DNA from: Bacteroidota bacterium
Lineage (GTDB): Bacteria; Bacteroidota; Bacteroidia; Flavobacteriales_D; Sanyastnellaceae
Direction of reading: 5' to 3'
DNA: 64,000 nucleotides
Assembly: GCA_041163465.1 (NCBI GenBank)
Contig: JBEARC010000091.1
Location: 8,364-72,363, forward strand
Shown: positions 56,908 through 64,000 of the stretch, one piece after another
Numbering within the stretch: position 1 is the first letter of the stretch
Layout of the letters: every line of letters starts with the position of its first letter
The notes under the pieces: model-generated
What the model was told of the DNA's origin: nothing
What the model saw: only the letters and a program-made list of their open reading frames with translations
Databases searched by the model: none
Program-made: the position numbers and the translations under genes

Positions 56908-58071
56908 TCAATACCGAGCCAACGACGAATCGATGTGTTCTTGCCAGGCGAGAATGCCTCCCGTGAGGTTGATCAAATTGGTGTACCCATGGGCATCCTC
57001 GAGTTGCCGAATGGCCTTGGCACTTCGAGCGCCTGATCGGCACTGCACCACCACGGGCACATCTTTGGGAATGCGAGCGGTGCTTTCCAGCACTGTGGCC
57101 AGTGGGATGAGCTCTCCACCCATTTCGGCAATGCCATATTCGTAGGGCTCTCGAACGTCGATCAGCACGTGATTTTTGCCGCTTTCCCGCCATGATTGGA
57201 GTTCATGCACGTCGATGGCTTCAACTTCACGTTCCTGGGATGCAGGCACGCCGATTCCACAGAACTGGTCGTAGTCGATGAGTTGGGTTTGCGTGGGGTT
57301 TTCACCATTGAGTGGGTTCCGTGGATCTTTGCGAATTTTCATGGTACGCGTTGTGAATCCAGTGGCATCAAAGAGGAACAAACGCCCACTCAGGGTGTCT
57401 CCCACGCCGGTAATCACCTTGATCACTTCAAGGGCCTGAAGCGAACCAAGAATTCCGGGCAACACCCCAATCACGCCCCCCTCGGCGCAGCTAGGCACAA
57501 GACCGGGAGGGGGTGGCGACGGGAAGAGGTCGCGGTAATTGGGACCACGCGAACCATCGGCCAGGAGCTCATTGAAGACGGAAGCTTGTCCCTCGAAGCG
57601 GTAGATGCTGGCATACACGTTCACCTTTCCTTCGAGGACGCAGGCGTCATTGACCAAGTAACGCGTGGGAAAATTGTCTGTTCCGTCCGCGACGACGTCA
57701 TATTGTTTCACCAAGTCCCTGGCATTGGCGCTGGTGAACTTGGTGTTGTGAACGTCGATGGTGATGTGGGGATTGAGCGAGGCCAAGCGCTCCTTCGCTG
57801 CCAAGGCTTTGGATTTCCCCACCGATTGAATGCCAAACAACACCTGTCGCTGGAGGTTGCTGGCATCGACGGTATCGAAATCGACCACCCCGATCCGACC
57901 GACCCCAGCAGCAGCGAGGTACAAGAGGAGTGGGGATCCCAATCCACCGGACCCAATGACCAACACACTGGACGCTTTGAGTTTGCGCTGTCCCTCAATG
58001 TTGAATTCAGGGATGATCAGGTGCCGGCTGTAACGTTCTAGCTCTTCTTTGCTGAATTGAATCTGTTCCAT
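56908..58071 (-). CDS. moeB: ThiF/MoeB-family E1-like adenylyltransferase with a C-terminal rhodanese domain (MoeZ type).
   Basis: 387 aa. Motifs are YSRHLIIPEF, the nucleotide loop GSGGLGSP, and the rhodanese active site VVQCRSGARS. Confidence 0.85.
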   Translation of the reverse strand: MEQIQFSKEELERYSRHLIIPEFNIEGQRKLKASSVLVIGSGGLGSPLLLYLAAAGVGRIGVVDFDTVDASNLQRQVLFGIQSVGKSKALAAKERLASLNPHITIDVHNTKFTSANARDLVKQYDVVADGTDNFPTRYLVNDACVLEGKVNVYASIYRFEGQASVFNELLADGSRGPNYRDLFPSPPPPGLVPSCAEGGVIGVLPGILGSLQALEVIKVITGVGDTLSGRLFLFDATGFTTRTMKIRKDPRNPLNGENPTQTQLIDYDQFCGIGVPASQEREVEAIDVHELQSWRESGKNHVLIDVREPYEYGIAEMGGELIPLATVLESTARIPKDVPVVVQCRSGARSAKAIRQLEDAHGYTNLINLTGGILAWQEHIDSSLARY

Positions 58072-58091
58072 GGTTGGTGCGTCTTGGCGCG

Positions 58092-58367
58092 TTACACGCC
58101 TCCTGCAATGGCAGGGATGATACTCACTTCGTCGTTGGGTTGCAGTGCGGTGTCTTCCCCATCAAGGGCATGAATGTCTTCGTCGCCTACGTACACCCGG
58201 ATGAAGCTTCGGAGGTTGCCAGAATCTTCAAACAGATGGGGCTTGAGTCCAGGATGTTGGGAGGCCAAAGCGTGAAGCAATTCCTTCACTGTGGTCGCTT
58301 CCTGGGTGAAAATGCCTTGTCCGTCCGTGAATTTCCGCAAAGGGGTGGGGATGATCAATTGGGCCAT
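58092..58367 (-). CDS. ThiS/MoaD-family beta-grasp sulfur-carrier protein (CysO-like) ending GG-Val.
   Basis: 91 aa. I read the C-terminal codons directly: ATT GCA GGA GGC GTG TAA (58109-58092), giving ...IAGGV*. Confidence 0.75.
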   Translation of the reverse strand: MAQLIIPTPLRKFTDGQGIFTQEATTVKELLHALASQHPGLKPHLFEDSGNLRSFIRVYVGDEDIHALDGEDTALQPNDEVSIIPAIAGGV

Positions 58368-58408
58368 GTCAAGAAAATAGTATGTGGATGAATGTCAACA
58401 AGTTAAAA

Positions 58409-58858
58409 TCAAGTGGTTCGCCATGCCATGGGCAGATTGACGATGTGTTCTTCAGCAAATTGTCGCTTGGCGTTGAGCTGCCAACTGCGCACGTGAGCAG
58501 TTCCTTCGGGCTGAACGCTAACAATGATGTAGCTGAAGAAGGGGAGGGCTACTGCGAGATCGTGTTCGCTTGGAATGGCCGGGTGCAGGGGATGGCTGTG
58601 GTAGACCCCCAGCAAGGTGAGACCTTCTCGCGCAGCATGGCGTTCAGCGTGCAGATAATCTTTGTCTGAGATGGCAAACCGTCGGCGCTGGTCCCCTTCT
58701 TTGCTGTTGGTGACCTCCGTGGAAAGGGTGACATGTCGAAAGTCCCCGGTTTCGTCGCCATACAAGAATCCGCAGCATTCGTTGGGAAATGCCGCTTCAG
58801 CATGGTCGGTCATGGCCTGAAGGGCTTGAGGGTCGATGTCAAGTGGGAGAAAACTCAT
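58409..58858 (-). CDS. JAMM/MPN+ metalloprotease (Mec/CysO-cysteine peptidase-like).
   Basis: The ATG at 58858 gives MSFLPLDIDPQAL.... The JAMM motif elements are NECCGFLYG (Glu) and HSHPLHPAIPSEHD. The track ORF's 18-codon extension would overlap cysM. Confidence 0.8.
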   Translation of the reverse strand: MSFLPLDIDPQALQAMTDHAEAAFPNECCGFLYGDETGDFRHVTLSTEVTNSKEGDQRRRFAISDKDYLHAERHAAREGLTLLGVYHSHPLHPAIPSEHDLAVALPFFSYIIVSVQPEGTAHVRSWQLNAKRQFAEEHIVNLPMAWRTT

Positions 58859-58865
58859 CGCGAAA

Positions 58866-59795
58866 TCAGGGCAGGATACGTTCAACAACTTCGCTGTATT
58901 TCGTGGCATCATCTGCCAGCACAGTCACAATCACCCCCTCTTCCAACTCGTCTGCCAATGCCACCGCGCCTGCAAGGTTGGCTGCCGATGAAGGGCTGAG
59001 CAAAAGACCTTCCTCTTTGGCCGCACGACGGAGCATGGTGTAGCTCGCTTCGGTGGTGACCAATCGCGTTTCATCGGGCACAGTGGCGTCAAAAATTTGA
59101 GGCACGCGCGCTGTTTCCAGGTGCTTCCATCCTTCGAGGCCGTGCAAGGCCGTTTCGGGCTGCAGGGCCACGAGCTGGATGTTTTCGTTGAATTCCTTCA
59201 GTCGACGGCCCGTCCCTGTGAATGTCCCCGTCGTGCCCAATCCGGCGACGAAGTGGGTGATGCGGTGGTGGGTTTCTTCCCACAGTTCCACACCGGTGTG
59301 ATGGTAATGCGCCATCCAGTTGGCGTCGTTGCTGTATTGGTCGACGTAGTGGTATGTGTCGGGCTTGGAGTGTGCCAACTCTCTCGCCACATCTTGAGAA
59401 CCGTCGGTGCTTTCGAAGGGGCTTGTCAAGATGAGCTCCACACCCAGAGATTTCAAGATATGCTTTCGTTCTTTCGAGGCGTTCTCAGGAATGCACAAGG
59501 TGACAGGAATGCCGGCCGCCGCGGCAAAGACAGCATAGGCGATGCCTGTATTGCCTGACGAAGCGTCCAACAGACGGCGTCCGCGAAGGGCCCCCGAGGC
59601 GACTGCATTTCGCAAGATGTTGAAGGCAGGGCGTGCTTTGACACTTCCACCAAATTGCTGCCACTCGAGTTTGGCATAAATCTCCACACCCGGCTTGGGA
59701 CTCAGGTGGAGCATGGGATGCAGAGGCGTGTGCCCGACATGCCAGCGGAGCTCGTCGAGGGTGGTCAGTCTTGGGTCGATGAATGGGGTTGTCAT
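58866..59795 (-). CDS. cysM: Cysteine synthase family PLP enzyme (CysM-like).
   Basis: 309 aa. The PLP-Lys context is QFGGSVKARPA and the Asn loop is ASSGNTGIAYA. Confidence 0.75.
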   Translation of the reverse strand: MTTPFIDPRLTTLDELRWHVGHTPLHPMLHLSPKPGVEIYAKLEWQQFGGSVKARPAFNILRNAVASGALRGRRLLDASSGNTGIAYAVFAAAAGIPVTLCIPENASKERKHILKSLGVELILTSPFESTDGSQDVARELAHSKPDTYHYVDQYSNDANWMAHYHHTGVELWEETHHRITHFVAGLGTTGTFTGTGRRLKEFNENIQLVALQPETALHGLEGWKHLETARVPQIFDATVPDETRLVTTEASYTMLRRAAKEEGLLLSPSSAANLAGAVALADELEEGVIVTVLADDATKYSEVVERILP

Positions 59796-59809
59796 CTTGG
59801 GATTGGGTC

Positions 59810-59843
59810 AAAAAAAGAAGCCCCCGTTACGAACGAGGGCTTC
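59810..59843 (-). terminator. Strong intrinsic terminator (12-bp stem, CGU triloop, U7) ending 14 nt upstream of the cysM ATG.
   Basis: The minus strand reads GAAGCCCUCGUU-CGU-AACGGGGGCUUC followed by UUUUUUU. I checked every pair by hand (11 Watson-Crick pairs plus 1 G-U). Confidence 0.8.
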
Positions 59844-59904
59844 TTGAGGTTACGTGATTCTTTTGTGTTATCCACGCATGCGCAAGCGGCCCCTGTCCGG
59901 AAGA

Positions 59905-59919
59905 CAGCAGCAGCAGCAG
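59905..59919. repeat. (CAG)5 trinucleotide repeat, which is (CUG)5 in the minus-strand cysM leader.
   Basis: Read directly: CAG x5 at 59905-59919, then CAA. Confidence 0.95.
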
Positions 59920-59949
59920 CAACACATGTTCGTGGAGAATGTCATGTTG

Positions 59950-59981
59950 CAAAAATGAAGCAGAAGGTGATATAATCCAAA
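59950..59981 (-). promoter_or_regulatory. Candidate Bacteroidota promoter for the cysM operon: -33 TTTG, 20-nt spacer, CATTTTTG.
   Basis: The minus strand reads TTTG (59981-59978), then a 20-nt spacer, then CATTTTTG (59957-59950). This is one mismatch from TAnnTTTG. Confidence 0.35.
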
Positions 59982-60009
59982 CGAACCATCAAAAAAGTTC
60001 GACAAAAAT

Positions 60010-61329
60010 TTATCTCAGCACTGAAAATCGCTCGGCATCCAGTCGCAACAGGATGCCAAACAACAACGTGAACCCCATCAGAGAAGAACCGCCATAACTG
60101 AAGAACGGCAAGGGAATGCCGATCACGGGAGCGAGTCCGAGAACCATGCCGATGTTGACCATGAAATGCATGAACATGATGCTTGCCACGGCGTAGGCGT
60201 AGATGCGTGTGAATTGGGAACGCTGTCGTTCGGCGAGAACCAAGACGCGCAGCATCAAAAGCACAAAAAGCCCCACCACGACGGTGCTTCCAAGAAACCC
60301 CCACTCTTCGCCGACCGTGCAAAAGATGAAGTCCGTCTCTTGCTCTGGCACGAACCCATAGGCAGTCATGGGGCCTGAGGCCCAACCCTTGCCCAACAGG
60401 CCTCCGGATCCAATGGCCGCCTTGGCGTGGCGAATGTTGTAGTCCGCGTCGGGATTGTCCACGTCAATGCCCAACAACACATGGATCCGCTCACGTTGGT
60501 GGCGTTGAAGCACGTGCTCCATGCCCCAGTGGATGCCGGCCGAAAAGATCAAACCACCCACCAAAAGGGTGCTTCCCCAGCGCCGCATGCGTTTGCGATT
60601 CCTGGGGAGGGTGGCTTCGTGAACCAACCACAAAACCAACGATCCGAGGCTCGCAAACGTCACCAAAAACCACCAATAGCCGGAGGCCTCTCCAAGCCAG
60701 GGATACTCACTCGTTCCGGCACCGATCAGGATGGTTAGAACGCCCACCACGAGCAAGCCCACCCCCACCAACAACACGTTGCCACTGAGTCCCTCTCGGT
60801 ACAGGACAAACACAAACCCCCCAAACACCAAGACCGTTCCGGCGTCGGGTTGAAGCAGGATGAATCCAGCGGGAAGACCCAAGATGACCATGGATTGCAG
60901 CCGGGTGGCCAAGGTGTGCCATGGCCTGCCATCCCTGCTCAAGAACCATGAAATCATGAGTGCAGTGGCGGTTTTGGCAAATTCACTGGGTTGAATTCCG
61001 AAGCTGCCAACACCAAACCACGATCGCGCACCGCCCACCTTTTTGCCAACCACCAACACGGCCATCAGCAGCAGGAGAACCAGCGCATAGTGAATGACCG
61101 AAGTACGAATGAAGAATTCTCCTTCAATGGCGAGCAAACCCATCATCAAGACCGCGCATACGGCCATCCACATCAATTGCTTGCCGGCTTTTCCAGTCAT
61201 GTCCCACACCACATCAGCTTCTGCCGTGGCACTGACCACATTCAACCACCCCAAGACCACCAAAAGCAGGACCAACCCCAAGGTGGTCCAGTCAAGTTGG
61301 GCAGTGAGCCGAAGGTTTCGTGCACTCAT
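60010..61329 (-). CDS. rodA: Rod shape-determining protein RodA (SEDS family).
   Basis: 439-aa polytopic FtsW/RodA/SpoVE-like protein downstream of mrdA. Confidence 0.9.
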   Translation of the reverse strand: MSARNLRLTAQLDWTTLGLVLLLVVLGWLNVVSATAEADVVWDMTGKAGKQLMWMAVCAVLMMGLLAIEGEFFIRTSVIHYALVLLLLMAVLVVGKKVGGARSWFGVGSFGIQPSEFAKTATALMISWFLSRDGRPWHTLATRLQSMVILGLPAGFILLQPDAGTVLVFGGFVFVLYREGLSGNVLLVGVGLLVVGVLTILIGAGTSEYPWLGEASGYWWFLVTFASLGSLVLWLVHEATLPRNRKRMRRWGSTLLVGGLIFSAGIHWGMEHVLQRHQRERIHVLLGIDVDNPDADYNIRHAKAAIGSGGLLGKGWASGPMTAYGFVPEQETDFIFCTVGEEWGFLGSTVVVGLFVLLMLRVLVLAERQRSQFTRIYAYAVASIMFMHFMVNIGMVLGLAPVIGIPLPFFSYGGSSLMGFTLLFGILLRLDAERFSVLR

Positions 61330-63161
61330 GGGCGTTGCGCAAATTGTGGATCCAAGGGATAGGTTGCACCCATGATTCGCCGCTCCCTCGTCTCCTGACT
61401 GACCTTCCCCGTGAGGTATTGTTCAATCAACAGGCTGGCGATGGGTGCGGCCCATTCTCCTCCGGCTCCGGCATTTTCCACATACACGCTCAAGGCAATT
61501 TGCGGATTGTCGCGGGGTGCGAACGCCATGAATACACTGTGGTCAGCTCGTGGGCCATCTTGGACGGTTCCGGTCTTTCCGCAATAAGAAATCCCGGGCA
61601 ATTTGGCACGCCGCCCCGTTCCGGTCGGGTCCTCGATCACGGCTTGCATGGCGTCGTGAATCGGTTCAAAATGTTCCGCTGAAACGCCCACGTCGATGTG
61701 CTGACCCAACCCCTCTGGCTTGCCTCTTCCTCCGATGTCTCGGACAAGGTGCGGTTCAATGTACCAACCTTGGTTGGCGACGATGGCAGCCAAGTTGGCC
61801 ATGTGGAGAGGTGTGGTAAGCAATTCACCTTCCCCGATGCTGATGGAGTACATCGTTCGAAAGGTCCAATGCCTTCGTCCGTAGATGTTGTCGTAATACG
61901 ATGAATCGGGAACCAATCCCGAGCGAGTTCCCGGAAGGTTTCCTCCGAGGTCCGTCCCAAAACCAAAACGCTCGATGCGGTCCGTCCACCACCCCATGCC
62001 CAGCCGAGCGTTGTCAAACTTGTCCTTGTCGGGGTGCTGGCTCAACATGCGACGCATCACCTCATAGAAATAGGGGTTGCAGCTGTGCACCACGGCATGT
62101 TTCAAATCGTCGGCCGTGTGGGCGCCATGGCAGCCAATGATGTCCCGGTTGCACACAATGGTCGTGCGTGGCGAGATGATGCCTGCTTCCATCGCAATGA
62201 GTCCTTGTACCATTTTGAAAATGGAGCCGGGCCGATATGTGCCTCGAACCGCCCGGTTGTAGAGGGGCTTCCAAGGGTGACTTGCCAAGCTGTCGTAGGC
62301 TTCACCGCGACCTGTTCCCGTCAGCAAATTGCCATTGTAGGAGGGTGCCGATACAAAGGCCAAAACCTCTCCCGTACTCGGTTCAAGGGCGACCACTGCA
62401 CCCCGTTTCCCCTCGAGAAGGGCCTCGGCGTACGCCTGCAACTGCACATCCAACGTCAAGGTGAGGTCGGATCCAGGAACGGGCATCGAATCCAATTCCG
62501 TGAGGGTGCTCCGAACATTGTTCCTGACGTCCACCAAGTGGTGGCGCACGCCAGGCGTACCACGCAATTGAAGTTCATACTGAGCTTCAAGTCCCGATTT
62601 TCCGAGGTAGTCGCCCAGTTGGTATCGGTCGTCCCGGTTCAAATCCTCACGGTCGGCCTCACGGTACTCGCCGATGATCTGGCTGGCGAGGCCCTGAACG
62701 TTTTGACGCACCGATCGCGTTCGGATGGACAGCCCGGGAAACTTCCACAGCTCGAGAGAGAGCTGAGCATATTCACGAGAGCTCAGCTGGCGAACGAGCG
62801 GGGAAGCCTTGTACCGAGAATATCGGCTGGCTTTGTTCAGCCGAGAAACCAGTTCTTCCTCATCGACATGCAGGATGCTGGCCAAGGCTGTGGTGTCAAC
62901 GTCTCCCATCAGCCTTGGAACAACCATCAAATCGTAACTCGGTGCATTGGTGACCAAGAGGACACCATGTCTGTCCAAACACAGGCCTCTGGCGGGTTGC
63001 AGAGTCTCTTGTTCTTCAGTGAGTCGTTCAGCCTTGTTTTTCCAATGACTCGTGGTGATCTGCATGGCAAAAAGGCGCAGGATGAAAATCAGACCAACAC
63101 CCAGAACCATGGCTCCCAGGATTTTCTGTCTGCCCTCAAGGTCGCGCGATTTCAACTCCAT
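61326..63161 (-). CDS. mrdA: Penicillin-binding protein 2 (elongasome transpeptidase).
   Basis: The ATG at 63161 gives MELKSRDLEGRQKILGAMVLGVGLIFILRLF. The SxxK motif is GSIFKM, the SxN motif is HSCN, and the KTG motif is CGKTGT. The track ORF's 188-codon extension overlaps mreD in another frame. Confidence 0.92.
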   Translation of the reverse strand: MELKSRDLEGRQKILGAMVLGVGLIFILRLFAMQITTSHWKNKAERLTEEQETLQPARGLCLDRHGVLLVTNAPSYDLMVVPRLMGDVDTTALASILHVDEEELVSRLNKASRYSRYKASPLVRQLSSREYAQLSLELWKFPGLSIRTRSVRQNVQGLASQIIGEYREADREDLNRDDRYQLGDYLGKSGLEAQYELQLRGTPGVRHHLVDVRNNVRSTLTELDSMPVPGSDLTLTLDVQLQAYAEALLEGKRGAVVALEPSTGEVLAFVSAPSYNGNLLTGTGRGEAYDSLASHPWKPLYNRAVRGTYRPGSIFKMVQGLIAMEAGIISPRTTIVCNRDIIGCHGAHTADDLKHAVVHSCNPYFYEVMRRMLSQHPDKDKFDNARLGMGWWTDRIERFGFGTDLGGNLPGTRSGLVPDSSYYDNIYGRRHWTFRTMYSISIGEGELLTTPLHMANLAAIVANQGWYIEPHLVRDIGGRGKPEGLGQHIDVGVSAEHFEPIHDAMQAVIEDPTGTGRRAKLPGISYCGKTGTVQDGPRADHSVFMAFAPRDNPQIALSVYVENAGAGGEWAAPIASLLIEQYLTGKVSQETRERRIMGATYPLDPQFAQRP

Positions 63162-63697
63162 GGGTAGGCGTTGGGGCCGCTTCCTTTGTGGCGGTTGGGA
63201 CGATTCAACAGGCCTTGGAAAAGCATGAATACAACAAGATTCAGTGCCACAGAGGCGAGTGTTTGGACCAACGTACGTCCCATCAAAGTCCATCCATGTT
63301 GAAGGCCAAACAGCACGAGCAAGTACAGGGTGGTTGAGGATGCTGCCAGCATCAGGTAGGACATCCAACCATCTTCGTGGGGATTGATGGCATGTCCTGG
63401 GCGAAATCCGTCGCGCGGCTCCACGGCCGCCATGAGCGAAGGATAGGCCATGCCCAAGGTGGCTGCCGCTGCCAGGTGCATGCCGCCCGTCAGGCACAGG
63501 ATGTCCAAGCTCGCGCCCATGAATGCGGCCACGAGCAAATAGGCCGTGGGAGGCCACCCTGAGGGCATGTTCATCAAGCCGTACAGGTGAACCACAAAAA
63601 GCCCAGTACCACCCCACAACACCCCGTGGCGAAACAACAACACTTGGAGAAACCAAGCCCAGAACAATTGCCAGATGTAAGGAGCCAATGCGTTCAT
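63152..63697 (-). CDS. mreD: Rod shape-determining protein MreD.
   Basis: The ATG at 63697 overlaps the mreC stop as ATGA. It is a 181-aa hydrophobic protein (MNALAPYIWQLFWAWFLQVLLF...). Confidence 0.8.
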   Translation of the reverse strand: MNALAPYIWQLFWAWFLQVLLFRHGVLWGGTGLFVVHLYGLMNMPSGWPPTAYLLVAAFMGASLDILCLTGGMHLAAAATLGMAYPSLMAAVEPRDGFRPGHAINPHEDGWMSYLMLAASSTTLYLLVLFGLQHGWTLMGRTLVQTLASVALNLVVFMLFQGLLNRPNRHKGSGPNAYPWS

Positions 63698-64000
63698 GGT
63701 GCGGTCGAAGGTGAGGCGTGGACAATGAGGCTGTCGATGCGATCTTTTCTCGGGTTGGTCAGGCACAAGGCGTGTCGAGACGAAGGGTAATTGGCACCAA
63801 GTTCGATGTGGACCGTTTGGAACTCATCTGCCTCATTTCCAGTGACATCTATGACAAATCCAACGGGAATGTCCGCCGGAAAGACGCCGTCAAACCCGGT
63901 GGTCAACACCGAATCCCCGGGGAGCACCAGATGGGCCCACGGGATGTCCAAGACACGTGCGCGCCGAATGTCTTCACTTTCATGGACCAAACGCCCCGAA
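63694..64000 (-). CDS. mreC: Rod shape-determining protein MreC (C-terminal part; the 5' end lies beyond the window).
   Basis: The in-window translation ...VLTTGFDGVFPADIPVGFVIDV... matches the MreC C-terminal beta domain. The gene sits upstream of mreD-mrdA-rodA. Confidence 0.8.
   Translation of the reverse strand, partial: SGRLVHESEDIRRARVLDIPWAHLVLPGDSVLTTGFDGVFPADIPVGFVIDVTGNEADEFQTVHIELGANYPSSRHALCLTNPRKDRIDSLIVHASPSTAP

Noticed and set aside
59971-59976. TATAAT hexamer on the plus strand in the rodA/cysM spacer.
   Set aside because: No plus-strand gene lies downstream, since the next genes are all on the minus strand. Bacteroidota primary sigma factors do not use the -10 TATAAT consensus. 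It is probably a chance occurrence within the AT-richer spacer.
59796-60009. Known SAM-I (S-box) or SAM-II riboswitch in the cysM leader.
   Set aside because: I looked for the conserved SAM-I core and for the SAM-II AAAGCU-type 3' element, and found neither by eye. I therefore report the region only as an unclassified structured leader. A covariance-model scan is still needed.
63162-63725. 188-codon upstream extension of the mrdA ORF.
   Set aside because: It overlaps mreD in another frame and translates to R/P/G/H-rich sequence. The ATG at 63161 gives the expected short cytoplasmic tail plus TM anchor of PBP2.
1-64000. Mobile elements, prophage remnants, defence islands, tRNA/rRNA genes.
   Set aside because: No transposase, integrase, recombinase, restriction, toxin-antitoxin or phage-like ORF appeared in any frame. 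The intergenic spaces are too short and show no tRNA cloverleaf candidates. Gene order matches conserved Bacteroidota housekeeping blocks.

Overview
This window is a densely packed, almost entirely housekeeping chromosomal segment of a Bacteroidota-type genome. The phylum call rests on several lines of evidence:
- two proteins with T9SS C-terminal sorting domains, one of them a PorZ-like propeller protein
- an alternative complex III (actABCDEF) cluster followed directly by coxB-ctaD
- the conserved block pdxJ / CBS-nadK-DUF6089-uppS-bamA-skp-skp-murI
- TAnnTTTG-type -7 boxes in front of operon-leading genes

I call about 52 CDS:
- rimP-nusA-infB, ruvB, queG, trhO
- gamma-CA, a YifB/ComM ATPase, gmhA, a DsbD-like reductase, a YhhQ-type transporter
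- tilS, pabB, hemH, lpdA, an MMPL/RND exporter, rfbA, a polyprenyl synthase, sucAB
- a cysM-JAMM-ThiS-MoeB cluster, and rodA-mrdA-mreD-mreC

I found no rRNA, tRNA, CRISPR array, transposase, integrase or recognisable defence island. I therefore do not claim a new multi-gene system.

The observations most worth follow-up:
1. A protein-thiocarboxylate (CysO/CysM/Mec/MoeZ-type) cysteine-synthesis operon whose sulfur carrier ends GG-Val.
2. The roughly 150-nt structured leader of that operon. It carries a 12-bp-stem, U7 intrinsic terminator that ends 14 nt before the cysM ATG, making it a candidate undescribed riboswitch or attenuator.
3. A single open reading frame at the left edge that fuses a YbdL-like aminotransferase to a YafV-like omega-amidase. 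A perfect 15-bp tandem duplication sits at the junction.
4. A promoter plus weak hairpin-U tract upstream of rimP-nusA-infB.
5. Several -7 boxes placed 4-7 nt from start codons, which implies leaderless mRNAs.

The DNA looks moderately GC-rich by eye (not computed). That explains the many long antisense ORFs in the track, which I rejected. Where the track ORF began upstream of a better-supported ATG, I re-picked the start by reading the sequence. All product calls come from motif recognition and remembered family signatures, not from database searches.
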